Part shown: one piece after another, positions 8,134 to 16,539 of the stretch
How the letters are laid out: each line of letters begins with the position of its first letter
Numbering within the stretch: position 1 is the stretch's first letter
NCBI RefSeq assembly: GCF_000354175.2
Contig: NC_022349.1
Span: 300,001-332,000 of the forward strand
Length of the DNA stretch: 32,000 nucleotides
Direction: 5' to 3'
From: Vibrio alginolyticus NBRC 15630 = ATCC 17749
GTDB taxonomy: Bacteria > Pseudomonadota > Gammaproteobacteria > Enterobacterales > Vibrionaceae
The notes under the pieces: model-generated
Databases searched by the model: none
Told to the model about the DNA's origin: nothing
The model's input: the letters and a program-made list of their open reading frames with translations, nothing else
Made by a program: the position numbers and the translations under genes

Positions 8134-8285
8134 ACTTATTTTTCAACGTTAAGTATGATTAAGCAAGTTGGTGAGCACAACTCACAAAAATATCGCCAAC
8201 AAATCGACATTTATAATTCGCTATAAGCTGCTGTTTATCTGGTGACATCGCTAATCGGGGTAATTTATTCAGATTAAAGAGGTCA

Positions 8286-8873
8286 ATGGACATGACAGAC
8301 CAAGCTTTTTTTAAATATGTACGCACCTTCAGTGAGTACCAAAAACGTTCTATGTTCGGTGGTATTGGTTTATTCACCGATGATGCTATGTTTGCGCTTG
8401 TCAGCAATGATTGCTGCTACTTACGTGGTGGTAATGGGCTAGATGAAGTGTTTACTCAACTGAGCTGTGAGAAGTATAAGCACGTCAAAAAACAGACGAC
8501 GGCAACCGTAAATTATTATGATGTAACCGATTTATTCGAATCCGGATATGTAGGGCTTGATGAACTGGTACAGAAATCAATTGAATACTCAATTAAGGAA
8601 CGGAAATATCAAAAGTCCTCTGCCAGTAGACGCTTAAGAGACTTACCCAACATGCAACTAACCCTTGAACGTATGGTCAAGAAAGCCGGTGTTGATGACG
8701 TAGAAACCTTTTTAGAACTTGGACCTGTAAAAGTCTTCAACAAAGTTAAAACGGCTTACGGTAATGATGTTGATGTAAAGCTACTGTGGAAATTTGCTGG
8801 TGCAACTGATGGCGTACATTGGAAACTGATCCAAGAGCCGCGTAAAAAACAGTTATTGGCACTGTGTGACTAA
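8286..8873 (+). CDS. tfoX: TfoX/Sxy family competence regulator
   Basis: TfoX_N pattern (RSMFGGIGLFTDDAMFALVSND) and TfoX_C pattern (LRDLPNMQLTLERMVKKAGVDDVETFLELG...LLWKFAGA). The start could instead be the ATG at 8292. Confidence 0.85.
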   Translation: MDMTDQAFFKYVRTFSEYQKRSMFGGIGLFTDDAMFALVSNDCCYLRGGNGLDEVFTQLSCEKYKHVKKQTTATVNYYDVTDLFESGYVGLDELVQKSIEYSIKERKYQKSSASRRLRDLPNMQLTLERMVKKAGVDDVETFLELGPVKVFNKVKTAYGNDVDVKLLWKFAGATDGVHWKLIQEPRKKQLLALCD

Positions 8874-8997
8874 GCGAAGCTGATCGCACAATGATTGACT
8901 CGTTTCGATGGAGTTAGCGGGTCGTAAAGGCAAGTGTGAAAAGCGGAAAAAGGACGTTGAAGTTTTTTACCACTTCATTGAGTTAGTCATTAAATTA

Positions 8998-9038
8998 GAC
9001 AAAAAAACCGAGGCAGAGACCTCGGTTTTTGTTTTTTA
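8998..9038. terminator. Bidirectional rho-independent terminator shared by tfoX (+) and the OMP gene (-)
   Basis: ACCGAGG (9007-9013) / CCTCGGT (9020-9026) stem, flanked by an A-run upstream and TTTTTGTTTTTT downstream. Confidence 0.85.
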
Positions 9039-9065
9039 ATTTGCTCTTTTCTTATAGCACAAATC

Positions 9066-9614
9066 TTAAAACTTAAAACGCGTAGTGAACATTACCTGAT
9101 CACCGTAAAAATCGTTGATACGTGCTTCAGCACCCAAAGAGAAAAGCTCTGTTGAGTGGAATCGAGCGTAGGCAGAGCCAGTCCAATCGTCATCGTTATC
9201 GATAGAAACGTAGCCGACTTTGCCGCCTACTTCTAATTGAGGGCCCAACCATTGGCGAACACCTAAGTTAAGCTCCATACCAACATCTGTGCTGCTCTCA
9301 TTCGAAGGTTGCACAACGCGCATTAGCATTTCACCAGTAAGATCTGCCCAGTTGTTTAGCGGAGAATGGAAGCCAAAGCCTGCAGCTGAGTCAAAATCAC
9401 TTTCAAACTCAGAGTCAATACGAGCAATAACATGCGCGTTCGGGTGAATTGATTTGCTGAATCCAGCACCAAATGTCACAGGACTTGCGCCAATACGTGC
9501 TTCGAAATAGTCGTAGCTAAAGTTGCTCATAGTTGCTGGCGCATTGCGATCGTTTGCAGCTAGGGCATGGCTTGATGCCACTAGTAAGGCAGCGGCTAAT
9601 AGTGTTTTACGCAT
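9066..9614 (-). CDS. Small outer-membrane beta-barrel protein (OmpW/OmpX-size class)
   Basis: Signal peptide MRKTLLAAALLVASSHALA|AN, alternating beta-strand pattern, and the C-terminal OMP signature ...MFTTRFKF ending in Phe. Confidence 0.8.
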   Translation of the reverse strand: MRKTLLAAALLVASSHALAANDRNAPATMSNFSYDYFEARIGASPVTFGAGFSKSIHPNAHVIARIDSEFESDFDSAAGFGFHSPLNNWADLTGEMLMRVVQPSNESSTDVGMELNLGVRQWLGPQLEVGGKVGYVSIDNDDDWTGSAYARFHSTELFSLGAEARINDFYGDQVMFTTRFKF

Positions 9615-9905
9615 AACTAACGATAAACCTTGTTCATTATTTCCATGGATTCAAGCAACCACTTGAACCGTAATCTGATTTGTCCGACATCATAATAAAA
9701 AGGAAGGTCGACGACCAACAAAAATGTGTCGATGTTTTGTCAATTAACTTAATAGTTCCTTGGTTTAAGCAAAAACTACGCCATATACGTAGTGTCCGAG
9801 AATTTCACTCGGACAAGTAACGATGTTTTTCTAACCTCATTCGACTATGCGAGGTTAGGTGGTGCAATGAGCATCGTTGAGTTCAAGTTAGAACCAAACA
9901 CTTTA

Positions 9906-10403
9906 TTACTCGCCAAAGCTTGCTCTTCTATCTGCCATGGCGTTGAGGATTGCCTCAGAATCAAGGATTTGAGTCCAGGATAGCAGGTTATCATCATTCT
10001 CAATCACAAACGCGGTAAGCTGAGACACGATTGCTTTTCTCAATGCTTCGCCTTTCCAAGGTTTGGCAATGTAATAATCGAGACTCGCGTTATTTACGGC
10101 TTCTACGGTGTCTTCCAAACCAGCTTGTCCTGTGAGTAAAACTTTCCGCGCTGCTTTTGTGTCACCATTTTGACTGAGTTCGATTAAGAAGCTGATCCCA
10201 GTTTGTTCCGGCATAATGTGGTCACATAAAATGAGAGCAAGCTGAACTTCTTCTTCCGCCATCTCCTCAATCACTTGTCGTGCTTCAGTCACTGATTCCG
10301 CTCCTTCGACAACAAAGTTCTCCTCGAAGGGAGCAAGATCTTGGAGCACGCTATCCAAGACTTCTCGTTCGTCATCGACACATAAAATTAGATACTTGGT
10401 CAT
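9906..10403 (-). CDS. Single-domain (CheY-like) response regulator with a short C-terminal extension
   Basis: Receiver motifs LILCVDDE, LILCDHIMP (phospho-acceptor Asp) and YYIAKPW (conserved Lys). There is no output domain. The start ATG overlaps the kinase stop (ATGA at 10400-10403). Confidence 0.85.
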   Translation of the reverse strand: MTKYLILCVDDEREVLDSVLQDLAPFEENFVVEGAESVTEARQVIEEMAEEEVQLALILCDHIMPEQTGISFLIELSQNGDTKAARKVLLTGQAGLEDTVEAVNNASLDYYIAKPWKGEALRKAIVSQLTAFVIENDDNLLSWTQILDSEAILNAMADRRASFGE

Positions 10404-12376
10404 GTTTCATCTCCTTCTTCGATGACTGGTAACCAGACGGTCATTCGTGTGAACTGGCCGATCTCTGATTCGACGTCAATCCACCCTCTGTGTGCTGTTA
10501 CGATTTGCTGGCAGATGGACAGCCCGATGCCTAAGCCAAAATTACCTTCTTTTTTTGTGGTGAAGTTTAGCTCGAAAATGGCGTCTCTTTGCGACTCAGG
10601 AATGCCACATCCATTATCTTCAAATGAGATAACGGCATAATTTGTGTGCTCTTTTTCTACAAGGCGTGTTTGTATGTTTAACACCCCTTTTTCTGGAAAT
10701 GCGTCAATGGCGTTAGAGACCAAATTCGTCCACACCTGTTGGAGTGCGATCGGTTGACAAAGGATAGAAGGCAAGTTTGCATAGTCGGTTGAAATTTGGT
10801 GCATTTTTAATTTGTTCTCGAAAATCACCAAGGTGTCTTCAATGCCCTCATGAATATCGGCATAGTGCAGGGTCTCATCATCTGACCGAGCATATCCTTT
10901 CAGGCTTTTTACCATATCAGCAATTCGTGCTGCACAGACATTAATTGAGCGAAGTGTAGAACCTGCTTTGTGGTATTGCTCTAGTGTATTGAGAGCATGA
11001 TAAGACGCTTGCTGCTTTCTCGCTAGTTGGGTAAGTAGCTCTTGATCGGACTCTAATCCAAGGCTCACCACTTTTTTTGCCAATGCTCGGTCTGGAAGAG
11101 TATGGCTAAGCGCTTTTACGCGTGATCTGAGCTCGGCGGTTGAAGCGGGTTTTGAGGTTTGCGCTTTGCTCAGTAATTCAATGCCTTTGGTTTGTATATC
11201 GGAACTTGGCGCATCGTTAAGTAATCGTTCTAGCGTATGCGTTAAATTCTCTACGCCCCTCAATATCGCGGCTACTGGATTGTTTAGTTCGTGGGCCACT
11301 CCCGCAACCAATTGACCAAGCATCGCCATTTTTTCTCTTTCAATGAGCTGCTGGTGGGCTGATTCTAAAGATTCGAGCGTTTTTTGAAGTTGCAGTTTGG
11401 TGTTGATGCTTCTTTGCAATCGGCGGTTGAAGTGGCGTAAAAGCAAGTTTGTAAAAAGAGGCAGTAAGTTTGAGTCGCTTTGCATCACTTTATTGAATAC
11501 GTTGCGATCGAGTTTGATAACTTCTGTTTTGGTTAGTGTTAGAGCTGTCGAGAAAGAACATTCCCCAGTAACAAACGACATGCCTCCGACAATATTCCCT
11601 TTGTTATGGCGTACAACCTCTCGCTGCATGCCTTGCTCATCGCGCTTGTACAGAGCCACTTCACCTTCGGTGATAAACCACAAAAAGCAATTTGGCTCGC
11701 CTTCCACGGTTAATAAGTGTTCAGGTGAGTATGTACGGCACGCTCTTGTTTCGTCATTATCTTTGAAAAATTGCTGGAGAGCGGAGATCACTTGCTCGGC
11801 TAACTCGGCATCAGACATCGAGTGGTAGTCGTGTAAGAATCCGGCTTGATAATGGCTCATCTGGTTATTGATGTGCGCTCGCAACAAGCTGTGATGATCC
11901 AATATCTGACTGTAACTTAGCAGGTCTTCTTTGCCATTTCGCAAGATAAATTGGGTCAGCTCTTTTTGCACTGTGTTAAATAAGACGTGATCTGGCAAAG
12001 GTTTAGTGAGGCAGTGGTCGAGCCTGCCCTCATTAACGGCAGTGAGAATTGCCTCTATATCAGACGAGCAGCTAATAAGAATTTTTCTTGCTTGCTCGGT
12101 ATGTGGCATCCGGTCTAAACCAATAAGAAAATCCACGCCGTTAAAATGAGCGTGATGGCTCGCTATAACTAAAGCAACAGTCTGTTCTCTTTCTTCTAGA
12201 TACTCTAAAGCGCTTTGAGCCTCTTCTATCGATTCGACAGAAAAAATATCAAACTTACTTGAGAAGGCAGACAGCTCCAATCGAAACTGTTCAGCACTGA
12301 TTGGGTTGTTGTCGAGACACAACACAGCATAACGATTCACAGATGTTTTAGCTCCGGTTAAAACTTCGCCACGCAA
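10400..12376 (-). CDS. Cytoplasmic sensor histidine kinase: degenerate N-terminal receiver, CAP-type (cNMP-binding-like) domain, HisKA and HATPase_c
   Basis: H-box AGVAHELNNP, N-box NLVSNAIDAF, G-boxes EDNGCGIP and GLGIGLSI. A CAP_ED-like stretch FLWFITEGEVALYKRD...GNIVGGMSF is present. No hydrophobic TM segments are seen. The start is uncertain: the track uses a TTG at 12376, and an in-frame GTG (VNRYAVL) lies about 12 codons downstream. Confidence 0.85.
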   Translation of the reverse strand: MRGEVLTGAKTSVNRYAVLCLDNNPISAEQFRLELSAFSSKFDIFSVESIEEAQSALEYLEEREQTVALVIASHHAHFNGVDFLIGLDRMPHTEQARKILISCSSDIEAILTAVNEGRLDHCLTKPLPDHVLFNTVQKELTQFILRNGKEDLLSYSQILDHHSLLRAHINNQMSHYQAGFLHDYHSMSDAELAEQVISALQQFFKDNDETRACRTYSPEHLLTVEGEPNCFLWFITEGEVALYKRDEQGMQREVVRHNKGNIVGGMSFVTGECSFSTALTLTKTEVIKLDRNVFNKVMQSDSNLLPLFTNLLLRHFNRRLQRSINTKLQLQKTLESLESAHQQLIEREKMAMLGQLVAGVAHELNNPVAAILRGVENLTHTLERLLNDAPSSDIQTKGIELLSKAQTSKPASTAELRSRVKALSHTLPDRALAKKVVSLGLESDQELLTQLARKQQASYHALNTLEQYHKAGSTLRSINVCAARIADMVKSLKGYARSDDETLHYADIHEGIEDTLVIFENKLKMHQISTDYANLPSILCQPIALQQVWTNLVSNAIDAFPEKGVLNIQTRLVEKEHTNYAVISFEDNGCGIPESQRDAIFELNFTTKKEGNFGLGIGLSICQQIVTAHRGWIDVESEIGQFTRMTVWLPVIEEGDET

Positions 12377-12526
12377 ACTTTAACAATAAAAGGACATGAT
12401 GAGTGGGAGCCAAGTATGATTCCTGATTAATGGACTAGAATAAGCATCAATAGTCTGATTTGTCTCAATGTTTTCTCCGCAGGTGGTTTGGGGTAGACTG
12501 ACCGAAAATATCTAATAAGTGACGTT

Positions 12527-13795
12527 ATGCAAAATCTTAAAAAAATCGGCGCCATTGGTGGTGCTATCTCATTAGCACTGTGTTGGCCATTGGCTGTCGG
12601 ACAAATTGGTCAGTCCATCATTGAAGATGGTATTACCAATATGAATGATGAAATGATTAAAGGTGAAGTGGTCGAGTATCAGCGTGGCTACTTGTCTTCA
12701 GTCGTGCTGACTCGTTATTCAGTTGTTGATCCTGAGCTTAAAACTCAGCTAGAGCGTGATGGTATGCCAACGACGTTTGACGTAACCAGTGATGTTAGCC
12801 ACGGTCTAACAAGCCTAACAGCAGATTCAAAATTGGTGGACAATGACTTTTTGCCTCTCACGATGCATAGCCAGACTCAACTAAATGGCAATACAGCATT
12901 TATCCTCGACCTAGACAGTTGGCATTATCGTAACGAAGCGCAAGGTGTTTCTGTTTCTACAAGCCCTGCAAAAGTAACAGGTGATGTGACGGTATTGGGT
13001 GATCTCAATTACCAAGTTTCCGTTCCTTCTGTTCAAGTGGATTTTGAAAACGGTGAAGAGCTTCATCTGAATGCATTGACAGGGCAAGGTAAAGGAAAGC
13101 AAGCAAAAGGCTACTGGTTAGGCGAGCAATCTTTCTCTCTAGAGAAGCTAGATGTGGTTGATGCGAACTTAACGCCTGTCTTTTTGATTGAAAATGCGAG
13201 CTACCGTGGTAACACTACGATGAGTGAGTCTGGTGATAAGCTGAACAGTCAATTAAACCTAGATGCTAAGAAACTGCGTTTAACTGATGGGACGGATGTC
13301 GATAACTTTAAGTTGGATTTCTCAATTGCAGATGTGGATAGCCAGTCTTTTGATCAAATTATGTCTATCTATCAAAGCTCTCCTATGATAGATGAGCAGG
13401 AAATTGCGAATTTATTGCCGCATGTCGATACGCTGTTTAGCAAAGGTTTTGATTTATCCGTGAACGAGCTTTCACTCGCGTTCGGTGACGGCAAGTTCCA
13501 CAATGAGTGGCAACTATCCATCCCTGAAGGTACTGAGCATATTACTCAAGATCCAATGAAGTTGGTGACGGCCACTACTGGTGAACTTAGCACTTACTTC
13601 TCCGATGAATTAGTAACGCATTACCCATTTATTCAAGAAGGGATTGATGAGCTCCTTATTATGGAGTTGATCGAAAAAGTAGAGGGCGGTTATCAATTAA
13701 AAGCAGAAATTGGTGAAGGCAAATTGAAGTTCGAAAATGGGCATGAGTTCCCATTGGTGGCTCTACTTATGCCTGCTTTGATGCAACAACAGTAA
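12527..13795 (+). CDS. YdgA-like (DUF945) envelope protein
   Basis: N-terminal anchor or signal MQNLKKIGAIGGAISLALCWPLAVG. Size and composition resemble YdgA-family proteins. The assignment is from memory of the family and is not verified. Confidence 0.65.
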   Translation: MQNLKKIGAIGGAISLALCWPLAVGQIGQSIIEDGITNMNDEMIKGEVVEYQRGYLSSVVLTRYSVVDPELKTQLERDGMPTTFDVTSDVSHGLTSLTADSKLVDNDFLPLTMHSQTQLNGNTAFILDLDSWHYRNEAQGVSVSTSPAKVTGDVTVLGDLNYQVSVPSVQVDFENGEELHLNALTGQGKGKQAKGYWLGEQSFSLEKLDVVDANLTPVFLIENASYRGNTTMSESGDKLNSQLNLDAKKLRLTDGTDVDNFKLDFSIADVDSQSFDQIMSIYQSSPMIDEQEIANLLPHVDTLFSKGFDLSVNELSLAFGDGKFHNEWQLSIPEGTEHITQDPMKLVTATTGELSTYFSDELVTHYPFIQEGIDELLIMELIEKVEGGYQLKAEIGEGKLKFENGHEFPLVALLMPALMQQQ

Positions 13796-13841
13796 TTCGT
13801 GTTGTTGCGAATTTGTTCCAATTCAACGCTTAGTCTTTAAA

Positions 13842-13872
13842 AAGAGGTCGTAAGACCTCTTTTCTTGTTTTT
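13842..13872 (+). terminator. Rho-independent terminator after the ydgA-like gene
   Basis: AAGAGGTC (13842-13849) / GACCTCTT (13854-13861) stem with GTAA loop, followed by TTCTTGTTTTT. Confidence 0.85.
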
Positions 13873-13923
13873 ATCACTGCGAAAACGTGATATTAATTTC
13901 GTAATATTTACATAGCAGGAGCA

Positions 13924-15027
13924 ATGAGCATCATGGAACAAAATACGGACAACGTATTTAACTTCAGTGCAGGGCCAGCAGGTCTGCCTAAAGCAGTTAT
14001 GCAGCAAGCACAACAGGAACTAATCGATTGGCAAGGCCTTGGTACTTCGGTCATGGAAATCAGCCACCGAAGCAAAGAGTTCATCAAAGTTGCAGAAGAA
14101 GCCGAGCAGGATTTACGTGATCTTCTGAATATTCCGGACAACTATAAAGTGCTGTTCTGCCAAGGTGGTGCTCGTGCTCAGTTTGCTGCTGTTCCTCTAA
14201 ACTTACTTGGTGATGCCGATACGGCAACTTACATCGATGGTGGTTATTGGGCTGAAAGCGCGGTAGCTGAAGCGAAAAAATACTGCGAACCAGACGTGTT
14301 TGATGCAAAAACAGAAATCAACGGGAAAGTCGCGGTTCTACCTGCAAGTGAATGGAAAATTGCTCCAGAAGCGGCTTACGTTCACTTCTGTCCAAATGAG
14401 ACCATTGATGGTATTGAGATTAACGATCTTCCTATCACCGATAAACCGATTGTTGCTGACATGTCTTCGACAATTCTTTCTCGTGAAATCGATGTGTCTA
14501 AATACGGTGTAATTTACGCGGGCGCTCAGAAAAATATTGGTCCTTCCGGCATTGCTATTGCTATCGTGCGCGATGATTTATTAGGTATGGCGAAGCAGGT
14601 ACTACCAAGTATCTTGGATTACACTGTTTTGGCAGAAAAAGAATCAATGTTCAACACGCCACCAACCTTTGCATGGTACCTGTCTGGTCTTGTTTTCAAA
14701 TGGCTGAAGGCACAGGGTGGAGTAAAATCGATTGAGCAAGTGAACCGCGCTAAAGCCGCGCTACTGTATGATTACATCGATCAGTCTGATTTCTACCGTA
14801 ATGGCGTGCACTCAGCAAACCGCTCTTTGATGAACGTGCCATTTCAACTTGCTAAGCCTGAACTGGATGCAACCTTCCTTGAGCTAGCAGACTCTAAAGG
14901 GCTGAAAGCGCTAAAAGGTCACCGAGCAGTTGGTGGTATGCGAGCATCCATTTATAACGCAATGCCGCTAGAAGGTGTTCAAGCGTTAGTAGACTTCATG
15001 CAAGAGTTTGAGAAAAACTACGCGTAA
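13924..15027 (+). CDS. serC: Phosphoserine aminotransferase
   Basis: [57 protein letters not shown]...[18 protein letters not shown] is collinear with E. coli SerC as remembered. The start may be the ATG at 13933. Confidence 0.95.
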   Translation: MSIMEQNTDNVFNFSAGPAGLPKAVMQQAQQELIDWQGLGTSVMEISHRSKEFIKVAEEAEQDLRDLLNIPDNYKVLFCQGGARAQFAAVPLNLLGDADTATYIDGGYWAESAVAEAKKYCEPDVFDAKTEINGKVAVLPASEWKIAPEAAYVHFCPNETIDGIEINDLPITDKPIVADMSSTILSREIDVSKYGVIYAGAQKNIGPSGIAIAIVRDDLLGMAKQVLPSILDYTVLAEKESMFNTPPTFAWYLSGLVFKWLKAQGGVKSIEQVNRAKAALLYDYIDQSDFYRNGVHSANRSLMNVPFQLAKPELDATFLELADSKGLKALKGHRAVGGMRASIYNAMPLEGVQALVDFMQEFEKNYA

Positions 15028-15052
15028 GCTCAAACTGATAGTTATTCTCCAA

Positions 15053-15079
15053 AGCGTCGCTATTGCGGCGCTTTTGTTT
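15053..15079 (+). terminator. Rho-independent terminator between serC and dsdA
   Basis: AGCGTCGC (15053-15060) / GCGGCGCT (15065-15072) stem with one G-U pair and a TATT loop, followed by TTTTGTTT. Confidence 0.75.
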
Positions 15080-15110
15080 ATCTCAACTCACATCATTCCA
15101 GGAAGGTAAA

Positions 15111-16442
15111 ATGACCAAGGCAAATATTGAAGCGCTGACTAAGCAGTTCCCACTCTTGGCAGCACTTATTGATCTTGAAGAGGTTTGTTGGTTTAACCCC
15201 CATATCACTTCCTTGGAGGAAGGCTTACCTCATGTCGGGTTAGATGAAAAAGATATTCAAGCGGCGAGTGAACGGCTAACACGATTTGCGCCTTATTTGA
15301 TGAAAGCGTTTCCCGAAACGGAAACGTCGCGTGGCGTTATTGAGTCCGCAGTGGTGGATATTCCCAATATGAAAGTGCGTTTGGAGCAGCAATACGGCAC
15401 GCCAATATTGGGCCATTTAATGCTCAAAAAAGACAGTCATTTGCCAATTTCTGGTTCGATCAAAGCGAGAGGTGGTATTTATGAAGTGCTCACTCATGCA
15501 GAAAAGTTGGCGTTTGATGCCGGCTTGCTCTGTGAAAGCGATGATTACAGCAAATTGTTCAGCAATGAGTTTCGGCAGTTTTTTAAGCAGTACAGTATTG
15601 CGGTTGGCTCAACCGGCAATCTTGGTATGTCCATCGGCATCATGAGTGCGAAGCTGGGTTTTTCAGTTTCAGTCCACATGTCTGCGGATGCGCGGGAATG
15701 GAAGAAAAATAAGCTCCGGTCACATGGTGTTAATGTCGTAGAGCACCAAGAAGATTATGGTATTGCTGTCGAGCAAGGTCGTAAAGAGGCAGAAAAAGAT
15801 CCCAACTGTTTCTTTATCGATGATGAAAACTCACGGACGCTGTTTCTAGGTTACTCTGTTGCGGGTGAGCGTCTTAAGCAGCAGTTTGATGACTTGGGAA
15901 TCGTTGTTGATGAGCATCATCCATTGTTTGTTTATCTTCCTTGTGGTGTTGGCGGTGGACCTGGTGGGGTGGCATTTGGCTTGAAGGTAGCATTTGGCGA
16001 GCATGTCCACTGTATTTTCGCAGAGCCAACGCACTCACCGTGCATGCTGTTGGGCGTACATACAGGCTTGCATGACGATATTTCGGTACAAGATTTGGGT
16101 ATCGATAACATCACCGCCGCTGATGGTTTGGCAGTCGGGCGTGCCTCGGGATTTGTCGGAAGAGCGATGGAAAGGCTACTTGATGGTTTTTACACCATTG
16201 ATGACGCTCGTATGTATCACCACTTGGGTCAGTTAAGTGAACTGGAAGGTATTAATCTAGAGCCTTCTGCATTAGCCGGTATGATTGGTGCAGTGCACGT
16301 CTCGAATAACCATGCTTACCAGTCTCGAATGAAATTTGACGAAGAAAAACTCAAAAACGCAACACATCTTGTTTGGGCAACAGGTGGGGGCATGGTTCCG
16401 AAAGATGAAATGGCGGCTTATCTCAAAAAATCTGGTCGGTAA
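15111..16442 (+). CDS. dsdA: D-serine dehydratase (D-serine ammonia-lyase)
   Basis: [43 protein letters not shown] and [20 protein letters not shown] are almost identical to E. coli DsdA blocks as remembered. I chose the ATG at 15111 (GGAAGG SD 5 nt upstream). The track ORF carries a 16-codon 5' extension. Confidence 0.95.
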   Translation: MTKANIEALTKQFPLLAALIDLEEVCWFNPHITSLEEGLPHVGLDEKDIQAASERLTRFAPYLMKAFPETETSRGVIESAVVDIPNMKVRLEQQYGTPILGHLMLKKDSHLPISGSIKARGGIYEVLTHAEKLAFDAGLLCESDDYSKLFSNEFRQFFKQYSIAVGSTGNLGMSIGIMSAKLGFSVSVHMSADAREWKKNKLRSHGVNVVEHQEDYGIAVEQGRKEAEKDPNCFFIDDENSRTLFLGYSVAGERLKQQFDDLGIVVDEHHPLFVYLPCGVGGGPGGVAFGLKVAFGEHVHCIFAEPTHSPCMLLGVHTGLHDDISVQDLGIDNITAADGLAVGRASGFVGRAMERLLDGFYTIDDARMYHHLGQLSELEGINLEPSALAGMIGAVHVSNNHAYQSRMKFDEEKLKNATHLVWATGGGMVPKDEMAAYLKKSGR

Positions 16443-16484
16443 ATCAGCACTGTATACGTGCTTAATTAGGTAACTAATAATACA

Positions 16485-16520
16485 GGAATAACAAAAGGGC
16501 TCATCGTTTGATGAGCCCTT
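16485..16520. terminator. Convergent terminator shared by dsdA (+) and cydC (-)
   Basis: Perfect 11-bp stem AAGGGCTCATC (16495-16505) / GATGAGCCCTT (16510-16520). A good T-tract (TTTTGTTATT) follows on the minus strand. The tract on the plus strand is weaker. Confidence 0.8.
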
Positions 16521-16539
16521 CTCGTCACTGAAAATCGAA

